Positions 14,301-25,600 of a stretch of DNA of 64,000 bases are shown here, in pieces; the stretch's first letter is position 1, and each line of letters starts with the position of its first letter. The position numbers were made by a program, and so were the translations under genes. The DNA lies in NCBI GenBank assembly GCA_012295275.1, contig CM022670.1, positions 17,546,001-17,610,000 of the forward strand, read 5' to 3'. The DNA is from Chrysomallon squamiferum. Its lineage: Eukaryota > Animalia > Mollusca. Under the pieces are notes generated by a model, which saw only the letters and a program-made list of their open reading frames with translations, ran no database searches and had not been told where the DNA came from.

Positions 14301-15723
14301 TATAAAGAAATTATTTTTTTTAATGTAAAATTTGAAAATAATAATAAAAAAATTAAAAATTAAATGTAAAGGCAAAAAGGATACTATGGAGAGAAAAAAG
14401 AATGAATCAGTCTGGAGAGAAATAAATGAAGAATATAAACCACAGATTATTAGATACGGATCTGAAAATCATAAGGGTGGGATGAAACTGAGAAGAAATG
14501 AAAAAGAAATAACTAAATCTAATTAGAAATGCATTAGTGAATTAATATCCTTCTAATAATGCTTATATGCATTTCCAACAAAAAAAAAAATTCTTGTTTA
14601 ACAAATATTACTATTTGTTATATTTAAAATCAGTCTAACAGAATCTATATTAAATTAACAAAGTAACTATATATATTTTACCAATTTAATTATCTAACAT
14701 AACCATTATCTTCTTTTAAAATTATGAAAACAGGAGGATAGAGATTAATAATAAACAGAGAGTGATTGTACATATTTAACACAGACATCAGTTTGCAGTG
14801 ACATGAACTGGCTAACCTCAACCTCTGATTAACCACAACTAATTCCCAGCCACTGACTCAAAAATAATCTTCTGACTGGACGAAAGCAAACAGAACATTC
14901 TGTCCACTAGCTAACAAACAGTTTAAAGAAAGAAACAGATCCAGTTACAAGGATCAGCTTACTCAGACAGTTTAGTAATGGGCTTTTAAAGTGTCTGGAT
15001 TAACTTACAGTGGTTTGTTTTGCCAGTTTACTAAAATATCTTTCAACTTCGTCTGACTCTGCCAGTCAGTACTGAGTGAATACAATAAACATTTTAACAA
15101 TATCTAAGAATGATTTAAAATCAGCTTTTACTAACTATTAATGCAGTGAAATGTTATCTGATGTTGTGTTTTTTTTATGTCACTACAAAACAATGGATTA
15201 AAGAGATTACTATCACAGTATTTTAAAATCCTTTCTAGCTTTTCTATTTCTACAAAGTGTATACAGTCACAAACTTTCTGAATTATATAGTTTCAAAGTA
15301 CAGTTAAATTATCTATCTGTCTAGATTTAAGAAATACTGGACATTAAAAATATCAGACTGTTCTATCACTTTACATCAGAATCAATGAAGCATTTTAAAA
15401 ACTGCTTTCATCTGCAAGTGGCTTTTCTCTTTTTCATTCTGGTACATCACAGTATAAGCCTTTTCATTTTATTGTATTAGAATTATTCAAGTATTCAGAC
15501 AATTTGCTGTTATAAGAAAGGTGTTGTTTTTCTTTCTTTTTCAGTCTTATCCATCCATTAACAACTTCAGTGAGCAGTGACTTCAGCTTAGTCTGGTGAT
15601 TTCACACACCATCAACCTTGAATTATGTGTTATGTTACACAAACAATAAAAGAGAGATTAAATGCATCTGATATTTTTTGTTGCAGACAAATGTTGTTGT
15701 TTTTTCTGGGAATTCTTTTTTAA

Positions 15724-15763
<40 letters not shown>

Positions 15764-17292
15764 GTAACAGTAATAATAATAATAATTATTATTATATTAA
15801 TTAGTTACTATTTGATGGTTATGAAAAGAGATTGATTTGTAGGTTCCCTGTTTTAAGGCTTAAGGTTTTTTTTAAGGTATTTGTTTTTCAACATATTGAA
15901 TAGTTCTGATCTTGTGCATAAAGTAAGTTTTCTTCATTCCATTTTAATGAATAATAAAAACACAAATATATATATATTAACTCAGTGACAGAACACAGAG
16001 TTGTAACTTCTACAATTAATAGTGGTAACATAGCGAGGATCAGTACTACAGTTCATGAAATCATTACATAACTTATTGTGACAGCTGCAAAAAGCAAAAT
16101 CCATTGGTGTGATTGGTAAATATAACCAAACCGTTCATAACTTGTAGCAAAAGTGATAAATAAACACAAACCGTTCATTTGAAACCATGAAATACTATGG
16201 TTCAGCTATTACTATAGTTAATGGAATTCTAATTTTGTCATACCATTTGACTCTCAGTGGTATATATTATAGTTCATGAAGTCTTTACATGACTTCTTGT
16301 GACAGCAGTAATCAATGTAATTCAAGATGTCATAATAACATCTGAAAGTGTGATTGGTAAATATAACCAAACCGTTCATGAAATCCTTTCAGTACTATAG
16401 TTAATGAATTCTTGACGCAACTGCCAGAGTTCATTATTTCATAAACCACTTGTGAATTTGTGTGAATTTGCAAGACCACACACAAAGTACTTTGTAAGCA
16501 GTAAGGAAATGAATGACACTTAAAAGAATTTCCTGTCCACATTGACTCACTCCATTCAGCTGAACAACTTGGTAAATTCATGTCCTGTTGATAACTGCCA
16601 GCTGTATATCATATCGCGTGTCACACTATATTTCAGTTGTCTTACTTTACAGTAGCAGAAAGAAAAATGACACAACAAAAGTTATGTAATTTTTAGATTT
16701 AACAATGAGTTATTAACCAGAATTTATATTCATATGTACATATATGAAGAGAGATATTGTAAAACATATTCTCTGATATACATATAAACTTTTATTTCAT
16801 TTTTTTTTTTTATTTCATTTTTTTTTTTATAAATTACAAACTTCTGGCTTTCAGATAAGACTTAACCCACTTCAGAAACTTGTATGAATAAAACTTTTGG
16901 CAGGGGTGTAAATCTACAGTGAACAAACCACACACTTGTGTCAGAAAAATCTTTCAGTGGAGAATCTGGTAGACAGATAGAATTACCAGTAACCATGGCA
17001 ACCCTAAAATGTGTCAGAGGAAATGATGGTGCCAGACAGTACCAGATGCTGCCCTAGATACTGTACAAAGGAATTCTATTTGACAAACTAAGGAGCAAAG
17101 TTTCATTATAAGTGGAAAGAGATTTTACAATTAAAATTCATATTTTGCATTTATACCTTTTTTTAATTCTACTTTTGTTATTATTATTTTTTTTTTTTTT
17201 TTAAACATAATTTTATGAGGTTATGTATCTACATAAATATTTCTCAGGCCTTTTTTCTTTTACTTCATTGATGAAATAGCAATGACTGGGGA

Positions 17293-17325
<33 letters not shown>

Positions 17326-17332
17326 TTAATTT

Positions 17333-17376
<44 letters not shown>

Positions 17377-18047
17377 AACCATTTAGCTTACTCATTTAGT
17401 TATGTTTCTACAATGTTTCTGAGGTACTTTTCAAAGACTTAAGTTCACACAATCTACATGTCAGAGAGAAAGAGATTCACAAAAAATAACAGATTAATTA
17501 ATATTAACTTTAACAGAACCACAAATAATCAAATTGTAATAAAGCTAGAAAAAAACTGTTTATTTTATTTCATTTTATTTTATTTGTTTATTTTTAAATA
17601 ATTTATTTAAAAAAAAAAAAAAAAAAAAATAAAAAAAAATATATATCAAGGGGTTCTAATTACCTGTCCCAAGTGTATCGTAAGGTTGACGGCATTGTAC
17701 TGCATACCCCTAGACAGCGGCGGACTCTGCCACCAACTCTGTGTTCCATCAATGGCGAATTCCGGACCATGGTCTTGACTGGGGCTGGAGGGGTTGCAAT
17801 AGTCACACAACTGTCCCTGGATAACTTCCCTGCTCGCTGCTTCTTTGTAACCGGTGGCTCCTGTCAATCGGCAATAAAGTTCCACTGTTGGAACTCCACA
17901 TGTTGCAGTCGCCGTTATATTTCTGCCTTGAGCTAGATTAAAATATGGCGGCGTTAATACTTGTGCATTTGTAAAACTAATAAAACTGATTGTTGTAATT
18001 AAAACAAAAGTAACTAAAATTGAGGGAGAAAACTCCCATGCCGCCAT
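451..18047 (-). CDS. LanA: Laminin subunit alpha, alpha-3/5 (LanA) type; 5' portion, 18 coding exons, continues beyond the left edge
   Basis: GT-AG exons with consistent phases: 17664-18047, 9762-9998, 9276-9446, 8373-8586, 7713-7831, 7248-7338, 6716-6812, 5706-5881, 5160-5297, 4748-4885, 4123-4257, 3515-3652, 2933-3109, 2335-2493, 2032-2131, 1371-1527, 835-1104, 451-545. Signal peptide, then LN domain ([60 protein letters not shown]). Ten complete laminin-EGF repeats plus one truncated, then the alpha-3B/5-type globular domain ([15 protein letters not shown]...DYFVLIP). Confidence 0.96.
4441..4740. repeat. Degenerate ~120-bp tandem duplication (about 2.5 copies) in laminin intron 10
   Basis: The block TTCC(C)TTTTT...ATAAAATAAATGT(C/T)TCTAAA...GAAA...ATGG...AATTAAT occurs at ~4441-4528 and ~4561-4649, with a shortened copy at ~4668-4740. 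Confidence 0.7.
5363..5562. repeat. ~73-bp degenerate tandem repeat x3 in laminin intron 8
   Basis: AATCTT(G/A)TT..AATAAACA...AGTA..TTT.TTT recurs at ~5373, ~5446 and ~5519. Confidence 0.75.
6040..6480. repeat. Degenerate (GTA/GCA/ATA)n trinucleotide microsatellite
   Basis: Long run of gtagta/gcagca/gtggta triplets in laminin intron 7; it produces the spurious poly-Val and poly-Leu ORFs. Confidence 0.9.
6841..7200. repeat. ~36-bp degenerate minisatellite filling laminin intron 6
   Basis: Recurring units resembling GTTTTAAATGT.AGTCA.CATAAA.TCTCTGTATATA, roughly 9-10 copies. Confidence 0.75.
7345..7615. repeat. Compound (AAT)n/(AAC)n/(GAT)n microsatellite
   Basis: Directly visible triplet runs in laminin intron 5, abutting the exon 6 acceptor. 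Confidence 0.9.
8564..8932. repeat. Degenerate repeat array derived from the laminin exon 4 acceptor region
   Basis: ATATCCTTAATACT is exonic at 8564-8577 and recurs in the intron at 8644-8657, 8687-8696 (partial), 8778-8793 and 8913-8932 (1 mismatch). Confidence 0.8.
10700..10825 (-). mobile_element. Highly decayed SINE-like relic (reverse orientation)
   Basis: The reverse complement of 10718-10753 (CTGTGGGAAGGCATACATAAATAATTCTTGTTGCTG) loosely matches the segments at 11231-11270 and 33304-33340. Family assignment is inference only. Confidence 0.3.
11170..11400 (+). mobile_element. Decayed SINE-like relic (Nin/Deu-domain-like) followed by an (AAT)n tract
   Basis: CTGTCT..GG.AAAGTGCATATAAAAGATCTCTT...GGTTTCCTCT shares its core with 33304-33340 and resembles the AAAGATCCC core of Nin/Deu-domain SINEs (from memory, not searched). 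(AAT)n at 11316-11400 may be the tail. Confidence 0.45.
12912..13068. repeat. ~58-bp degenerate tandem repeat x~2.7 in laminin intron 1
   Basis: TGTTATGAAAT.T.T.TCTT.T at ~12976 and ~13034, with a diverged copy at ~12918. Confidence 0.6.
15727..15790. repeat. (AAT)n microsatellite
   Basis: Directly visible. Confidence 0.9.
16044..16410. repeat. ~220-240-bp tandem duplication in laminin intron 1
   Basis: The 32-mer GTGTGATTGGTAAATATAACCAAACCGTTCAT is identical at 16107-16138 and 16348-16379. 16044-16085 also resembles 16265-16306. Confidence 0.85.
17293..17373. repeat. (AAT)n plus (AC)n microsatellites
   Basis: (AAT)n at 17293-17325 and (AC)n at 17336-17373. Confidence 0.92.
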
Positions 18048-18051
18048 GTTG
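18040..18051 (-). promoter_or_regulatory. YY1-type motif overlapping the laminin start codon
   Basis: Plus-strand GCCGCCATGTTG reads CAACATGGCGGC on the minus strand and matches the YY1 consensus GCCGCCATNTT. It could simply reflect Kozak context plus Met-Ala-Ala codons. Confidence 0.35.
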
Positions 18052-18339
18052 CAAGAACTGGCAAACTTTTTTCTACAGAAATTTCTGCGGTTAACTTCTT
18101 AAGGGAATCCCAGCAATACTCATTATTCTAAAAGGGGGTACAATGCTGTAATCAGCTGTCCAAAAGTTCTTCATAATAAAACACTCTTGTTGGATTAAAT
18201 TATGTACTATATTATAATGTATTCTGCTTTTAGTTTATTATATTTCATCTTTATCAGAAAGGCTGCTTATATAAAGCTATGGTTGTTAAACAACCTTTTT
18301 AACCTTCCACAAAAATAGGACAGGCCAACATATAACAAG

Positions 18340-18500
18340 CGAGTATGCAATCTCTTGCATCTCTTTCGAATGCTAGCTAGCTACAGTAGTTAACATAAAA
18401 CGGATGAGGGCGTGAATTGTAGTTACACAGTGAACTGGGGGTCCAGTTTGGGTAGGATTTGGTTGCGCGTAACTCAGAACCCACAAGTTTTTACTAGCTG
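18340..18500 (-). promoter_or_regulatory. Putative laminin alpha promoter region
   Basis: Local CpG/GC enrichment 300-450 bp upstream of the ATG, with an Sp/KLF-type GGGCGTG at 18408-18414. The TSS is not determined. Confidence 0.4.
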
Positions 18501-21500
18501 AAAGATAAGCCAGGCTAAAAATGACAATGCAGATTCCTGGATTGGATATTCATAACTGTTCCATTTTAAAGCAGCACTGTGAATAGGAAAAAGAAAGTTG
18601 ATGACTTTTTGTCTGGTTTGAACATGTCATATTTGATTTAAACACCAACATGCATATAATTAAATATTTCACATTCCAACCAGTTCCCTATATTTTACAC
18701 AGTGTCATAATATTTCAGGATGTTAAAAGTGTTCATAAAATAAAATATAATGTGCCTTCAGATGTAAATAAATAAAAAAAAGTATTTCAAAAATATAAAG
18801 GTGCTAAATTGGTTTGTAGAATGACCAAGACTGAATCATTTGCATAATCAAAAAAGACCATATTTTCTTTAAAGAAAATAAAGAAGAAAGAAATTGGTAA
18901 ACTGAGTAGTTTTAATTTTCACATGTTGCATATTGAAAAATAAAATTTTAATCTTATTGATAATTAACCAGGCATTACTTGAGAATAAATTATGAAAAGT
19001 TTTAATTAAGGATATAAAAAGAACCTGTCTAATTTTAATTTAAATGGCAAATTAGGTATAGTAGATTACTGTGTTTAGATCAGTGTTATTTAACCATTTT
19101 TTCTCACACCCTATTTCAGTTGGTTTTTTAAATCACATGTCTCATGAATGGAGACATTATATTATATGTATTCAAAAGCATGTGTTAAATGCAGTGAAAC
19201 AGTTTTTAATTACAAGGCATCAGTTGCAGCTTCAAACTTTAGAAAATTTGAAAGTGAAAAGCTGTGAAATCAATCATATATCGATTAATTCTGAATTGTG
19301 TTCCACCAAAATATTGCCATGCCCCATCTTGAGAAACACTGGTTCAGATAAACAGATAAAACAAGACTGCTGGATACACAAAATAAATTCAACACAAATA
19401 ATGAGGATTTTATACTTTTTATTCAATTTTCCGAAGATGACAAAATAGAAACCAACATAATTCCCTAACAATAAAAATAATTTCCTGTTTTATTTTAACA
19501 AAGTATATCTGACTTTCTAATTATTTTGAGAATATTAAAATAATATCAGAAAAAGTTAAATTTCTTGCAATATAACAAATTTACAGATGACTAAAGTATA
19601 AATAATGTTTAACCCACATGAATTATGGTGTAACAAGCAAGATGAAGAATTATTGCACACGAAGATAAAGTCATCAGAAGACAGACAACCCATGTAATTT
19701 TGGTGTGGATGGCAAAAATGAGACACCATATTAAAAAAACAAAAACAAATGAATAACAGAAGATAGAATTGATTTGATAAGAAATTTTTTTACAGATTTA
19801 TTAAAACAGAAATTGTATTTTGAAAAGGGAAATAATTCTTTAGTGATACAAAGCATTTAATGTTGCAGAAGGCATAATTACTGTATAATAATCTACAACT
19901 GGTAAAACAATCCTTTATATTTTTGATTTATTTTTTAAAACCGACCTAAAATATAAATTGTAAATTTTAATTTTTCCACATGTAACAATTTTTGCTGTTT
20001 CTATTAAGTTAATTTTTAAAGTACTTTACTGTATTATTGAAGTTAAGCATTAGAAGTGATGTAATGAGATTCTGTAAGAAATTCACCATATCATTGACAT
20101 TAAACCTATCCAATAACAAATGTGACAGAAAATGGACGGACACACAAAATCTATATATATATATATATATATATATTTTTATTTTTTTATGTCTTCCTGC
20201 ATTTGTCAGGTTGAGAAACAAGTTATCTCATCTGGACTATGATCAACATATCCTAGGTAGATTCATGCAGGTTCCAAAAATATTTTTTCTTAAAACATTT
20301 CTTACAAAACAATTGAAAATAAATTTAACCCATATAAACACGATAGTGCTACTTAACTGTAGATCAAAAATGCATTAAAAGAATGTTATAATAAATTAAT
20401 AAATAAATAGTAATAAAAACCAAATTTAAAAAGTTTTTGTGAGAAGATCAGTTAAAGCAGAACTTTTGAACAATTTTTTTTTTAATTAATCGAGGTAAAA
20501 CACCACCCTGTATTAAATAATAATTTTAATATGCAGCTGTTTTCACAGATGCAGGACATTTTTAAGTGAATATGATAGATCTCAGCCAAAACCTTTTTCA
20601 AGACATGATACCATAGATTAATACATTTTTCAGGACTTTAATAAAAAAAATTAGTTTGTGTACAGGAGAAGATTTTAGGCTGATCAATCCCAACAAAATA
20701 AAGTAAATAAAAAAAAAAAAAAAAAAGAAGGAAAAAGATTATGCAGCATAAAATAGATCATTTTAAAGAGAATCAAAATGTTGAACCTGCAGAGACCAAA
20801 AGGTTCAGTGCAAATATTTATTACTGTAACTAGAACTGTGCAAAATAACAAATGTTAATGTAGATCTATTTAATGAAAAAGTTTATTTTTAAAATGTACT
20901 TATTTAAATATAAAAAAATAAAAATAAAACAAATATAATAATAATGAAAATAATATACAATTCTTTAAATTTTCAGAAAGTCAGAGGAAAACAGCATTTA
21001 TATTAGCACTTTCAGTATAAACAAAATTTATCGAACAGGTATTTACACTACATATATACAAATGTGTATTCAATTTCCATACAAAATATATTTTAAACAA
21101 CCAAAAAAAATTCAAACAAAATGTTTCTCAAAACAGAGGCATCACAATAATCCATCACCAATAATTTTTTATTTTTGGGGGTTTTTTGATTACAAATGGA
21201 ACAAAATTTTCCAAATTTTTCATCATTTACATATTTTCAGTTATTTACAATTTAAATTACACTTAAATTTATGAATATATAAAAAAAGAAAAAAAAAAAA
21301 AAAAAATTACATTTTTAAAAAATAATTAAAAATTAAACTAATAAAATACATAAACTTGTCTAGAATTCATACTTTTTTTCATTTTATTAATTTTAGCATT
21401 AGATAATTTATTATTAGTTTCTTTTAATCACCCTTAAGAATAAAAAAATCAGTTACTCTTTTTATGAAGAAACAGAACGTCAGATATCATTTTAAAATAA

Positions 21501-22643
21501 AAGTAACAATATTAGCTTTAAGAAAGGAAAAAGACTGAATACACAAAAAAGAAAAGAAAATACAATCACTAAATGTTGTTCTTACATACTGTTAAAGCCT
21601 TTAATTATTTAAAGTGAAATTTTCTATGGTTTGAACATCTTATACACAATTCATGTCAGGTGATTTTAATTTGTTGACATCAAGCTCTTTTAAGAATAAA
21701 TGATCCAAAGTAGTAAACTCATGTTCATTTCCATTAACCTTTCTTTTATCTCACTTCCTATTACAAAGAAATGAAAAATGTAAAAAATAAAACCCAACCC
21801 GATAAAATAAGTGTTTAGATCAGATAAAGGTAATTTTGTAAGAATTTATTGAAAATGGCCACAATAAATGAACAAGAGGTTACTTATTGATTTATTATTA
21901 CTAATTTTCTTCCTTTATTTTGTTACATACTGAATGACAAACTGTTTTTATTCATGGATTTATGTATGCTATTGTCACATTTCTTTAGCTAAGATTGATA
22001 TTCTGAATTCTTAAAATTGTTAAGTATATAAAATATACATGCACTTTTTGTTCATAAACAACAAATACAACTAAACAATACTGATTCAAAAATAAATACA
22101 TTTAATTTCACCTTACAAGTTTCTACACTAAGGTTCCAGTAAAATTAAAATAATAGTTACAGTAATCTATTAACCAAAATGTGGCTTTTTATAACTTAAC
22201 ACAAGTTACTATTCTTAAGAAATAAATTTTGGAAACAAAATATTTAAATTATGGGATATTCCTTTACAGGGTTAAACTGGGTATATGCTGATCAAGCTGC
22301 TGTGTGGAATCTCTGCATGAAGCAATGTTCAAAAGACTTGTATTTTATAAGCTCTCGTCAGACATGGCTGTCACAGATTCTTGTTTCACAGACAAAGCAT
22401 TGCAGTTAAACCCATGATCCATCATTAAGTCAGAAATGTTATTTTTCTTTAACAGATAAGAACAATGCATGGTGTCATGATTGAAATAAAAATAAAATTG
22501 ATATCAGAGTATAGGTTACTTATCGGTGTGACAAAATGTGAATAACGTACTTTGGCCAATGAAAAATGACTTGTTTTTTTTTTTTTTTTTTTTTTTTTTT
22601 TGTTATTTAATGACAATGAACATGACAGGCAGTTTATTAGTTT

Positions 22644-25600
22644 CTACTGCTGATTTTGCTGTCTTAAAAATTCTTCAAAATCTTCAACCATTTCATCGTC
22701 CATACCAGTATCAACACTATAAAACAAAACAAAATTGAAAATAATAATAACTGAAAAACTAAAACTAAAGATAATTGATTTTTCAAAACATTAACATTCT
22801 AGCAACAATTGTTAATATCAAACATTTTTTTGGATTAATGACATAAATATTTATTATTCTCTTTTAAGGATCTGCCTATTGAGATTTAGTCTTCCTGGTG
22901 ACAAACCCCACTAACAGAATAATCTCCCATCATGCTGTTGAACTCATCACAATCCTCACTAATACATCTATCAATTCAGTTACAAACACTCTTTTTCTGC
23001 AGATTGCCCAAAATCCTTTTAACATTCTTCAAATCAGATCTCAACAACCAATATCTCCACCTCCCAATCACAATCACCACCATTACAATAATTAAGCCAC
23101 CAACACTTACCTGCGACATTCCCCCTCACTACATCACAACTATCTTTGTTGTTACATCACAACAATCTGTTATTACATTTCACAGCTATGTGTTACTGTA
23201 TCAAAACTGTCTGTTAATATCATCAAACAAAACAACATGTAAGTCATAACTGTTATCACACATCACTACTACCTGTGTTGTTATATCACAACTGTGTTAT
23301 TACTTTCTGTGTTATTATATCAGAACTATCTAGGTTATTGCACAACACAAAACAACTTACTACTGGAAATTATTTTCTGTGTAGTTGTTTTCCACTGGGT
23401 CTGCCCACTGAGAGTAGTTGGGTTCCCCAGCACTGCCATTCATTGTCTCCTGTTGCCACTGCAGGAATTCCAAGTCTTCCTCTTCATTGAGGACATACTG
23501 CTCATCATCATAATTCTGTCAGAAAAATCAGTAAATCAGTCACTGACAACTCAAAACACTTTAATATTAGTTAGTATATCAGCCTTTGTCAAAACAATAT
23601 CAAGGGACTAGCAAGTATGAGCTCAGATTAAAAATATCATTAATAATATTTAAGTTTAGGCTCTTGATACATACAAATATTTATTTTTTATGTTTTTTTA
23701 TTACAGATTTCTTATTAATAATACTTAGTAATCTATAACAACAGTTAAAGTCTCTGTTAAAAGCAGTTTTAAAGGACCGGCAGAAACAGATTGAAAATGT
23801 CATTAATAATATTTAATTTCTTATTCCTTAGGTTCTGTTATATAAATAGTATTTATTTACTATATTTTATTAGAAATGTCTTATTGATAACAGTTAATAA
23901 TTAATAACAATCAACTTATTAAATTTTCTACCACATCATAAATATGCTGTAACACTGTGTTGATTACCATTACCAACATTATTATTGAGGGAAGCATAAA
24001 ACAAGACACACTACTTTGAACATTAAAGACTTTAACAAAACTCACTCAGAATAAATGATCATGCAGCTATTACTGCTGATTATATCCCAAGATGAACAAT
24101 ACTGTGATTGCATAACACAGTTTGTATTTTAGCTAATAAGTCAACAATCACTCAGGACAAATAATATTTCCAGATTTTTGTTGAAAATAAGGCATGAAAA
24201 AGAAATGATATAGCAAAATCCCAAAAAAAAAAAATAGTGTTCACCTCTTCTCCTTCATCATAAGCAAAACCAGCTTGCTCTCTGGTGATGGGCTGCCCTG
24301 ATGCATTGTAGAATATTGGCTCAGTCTAAAATCACATTGAAACATTATTGGTTAATTGATTTAAAAAAAAAAAATATTAATGACAAATTCAATTTGTTTC
24401 AGTAGGATACTGACACTGATTTGTTTAATGTATTTATAAATTAAAATTACTTAATGTAAAACTTACTGATGACATACTGGTACGATACTGACACTGATTT
24501 GTTTCTGTATTTATAAATTAAAATTTCTTAATGTAAAACATACTGATGACATATCAGTGTGGTACTGATAGTGGTTTGTTTCTGTGTCATGTGATGATGA
24601 TGAAGATGAGACTCCCTTTTGACCCCAGTCAGAGTCTCGCAGTTTCAACACAGTCTGTATCAAGAACTTAACATTGCTGAAATCAAACACCATAATACAT
24701 CAACATGCATTTCATTCTCATAATAATTTAAAATCAAATACATGATACTATCCTAAATCTGTCAAGTTTTTTCATTTGTGTGGAAAATGATGTGATCAGT
24801 ATGGGCTGTTTTTGTTACTGCAGATCATAGATAGCTTAAGTACATCAACATGATTATGTTATCATACAAGTGCATATGCAATGTAACTGAACAGGCTGAT
24901 AAAATTCAATTTGAGGATGGAATTGTTTCTGTTTGTAAGACCTACTCTCCTAACATCTGTGATATGCTCAGGTTCTTTAGTTGTATGAACACTTCATCAA
25001 ACTCTTCTTTTTTAAGACTTTCTTCCATTGCAGCACCACATAACTGAAATAAAATTGATTTTACCACATGTGAGAAATGATTTCTATTTTAAATTATTTA
25101 TACATTTTTGTAAGAAAGTTTGAAGTTAAATTCAATTTGTACTGTAATTAACATGCACACAACCAAATATGATTTATCAGTAAAGTACAAACAGTCATTT
25201 TAACTTTCAGCAAGCACAGATGCTAATGAACACACACAAAAATACACACGTTAATTCTCTCAATGAATAAAATTATTAAAACATACAAAGAAAAAATGTT
25301 TCAGTTGTTTTAAGCAGAATAAAATTTATCCATCATAACAATAAAATGAATGCTGTACATGAATATGCTATTACAAAACCATCACTGTTCAGATCAAATC
25401 TGTCATCAACCCTGATTAGAGTTCACGTATTTCTCACACAGTTTAACTAAGAACAAAATATATTTGAGAATTTTTTTGGGTAAACCAAACATTCACAGCC
25501 TGGTTGTATTTATGGAGAAAAAATAGAGAAGAAACGTGGATTACCTTGAGCAGCTGACATGCACATTTGACAGAGACATCTGATGGATAAGCCAAGAGTG

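Noticed and set aside
19071-19448. 125-aa ORF between laminin and PAIP1
   Set aside because: GTG start, AT-rich composition, and no recognisable domain or exon structure.
24797-24866. C/D-box snoRNA candidate on the minus strand in PAIP1 intron 7 (ATGATAA...CTGA)
   Set aside because: Imperfect C box, no terminal stem, and no rRNA-complementary guide that I could recognise.
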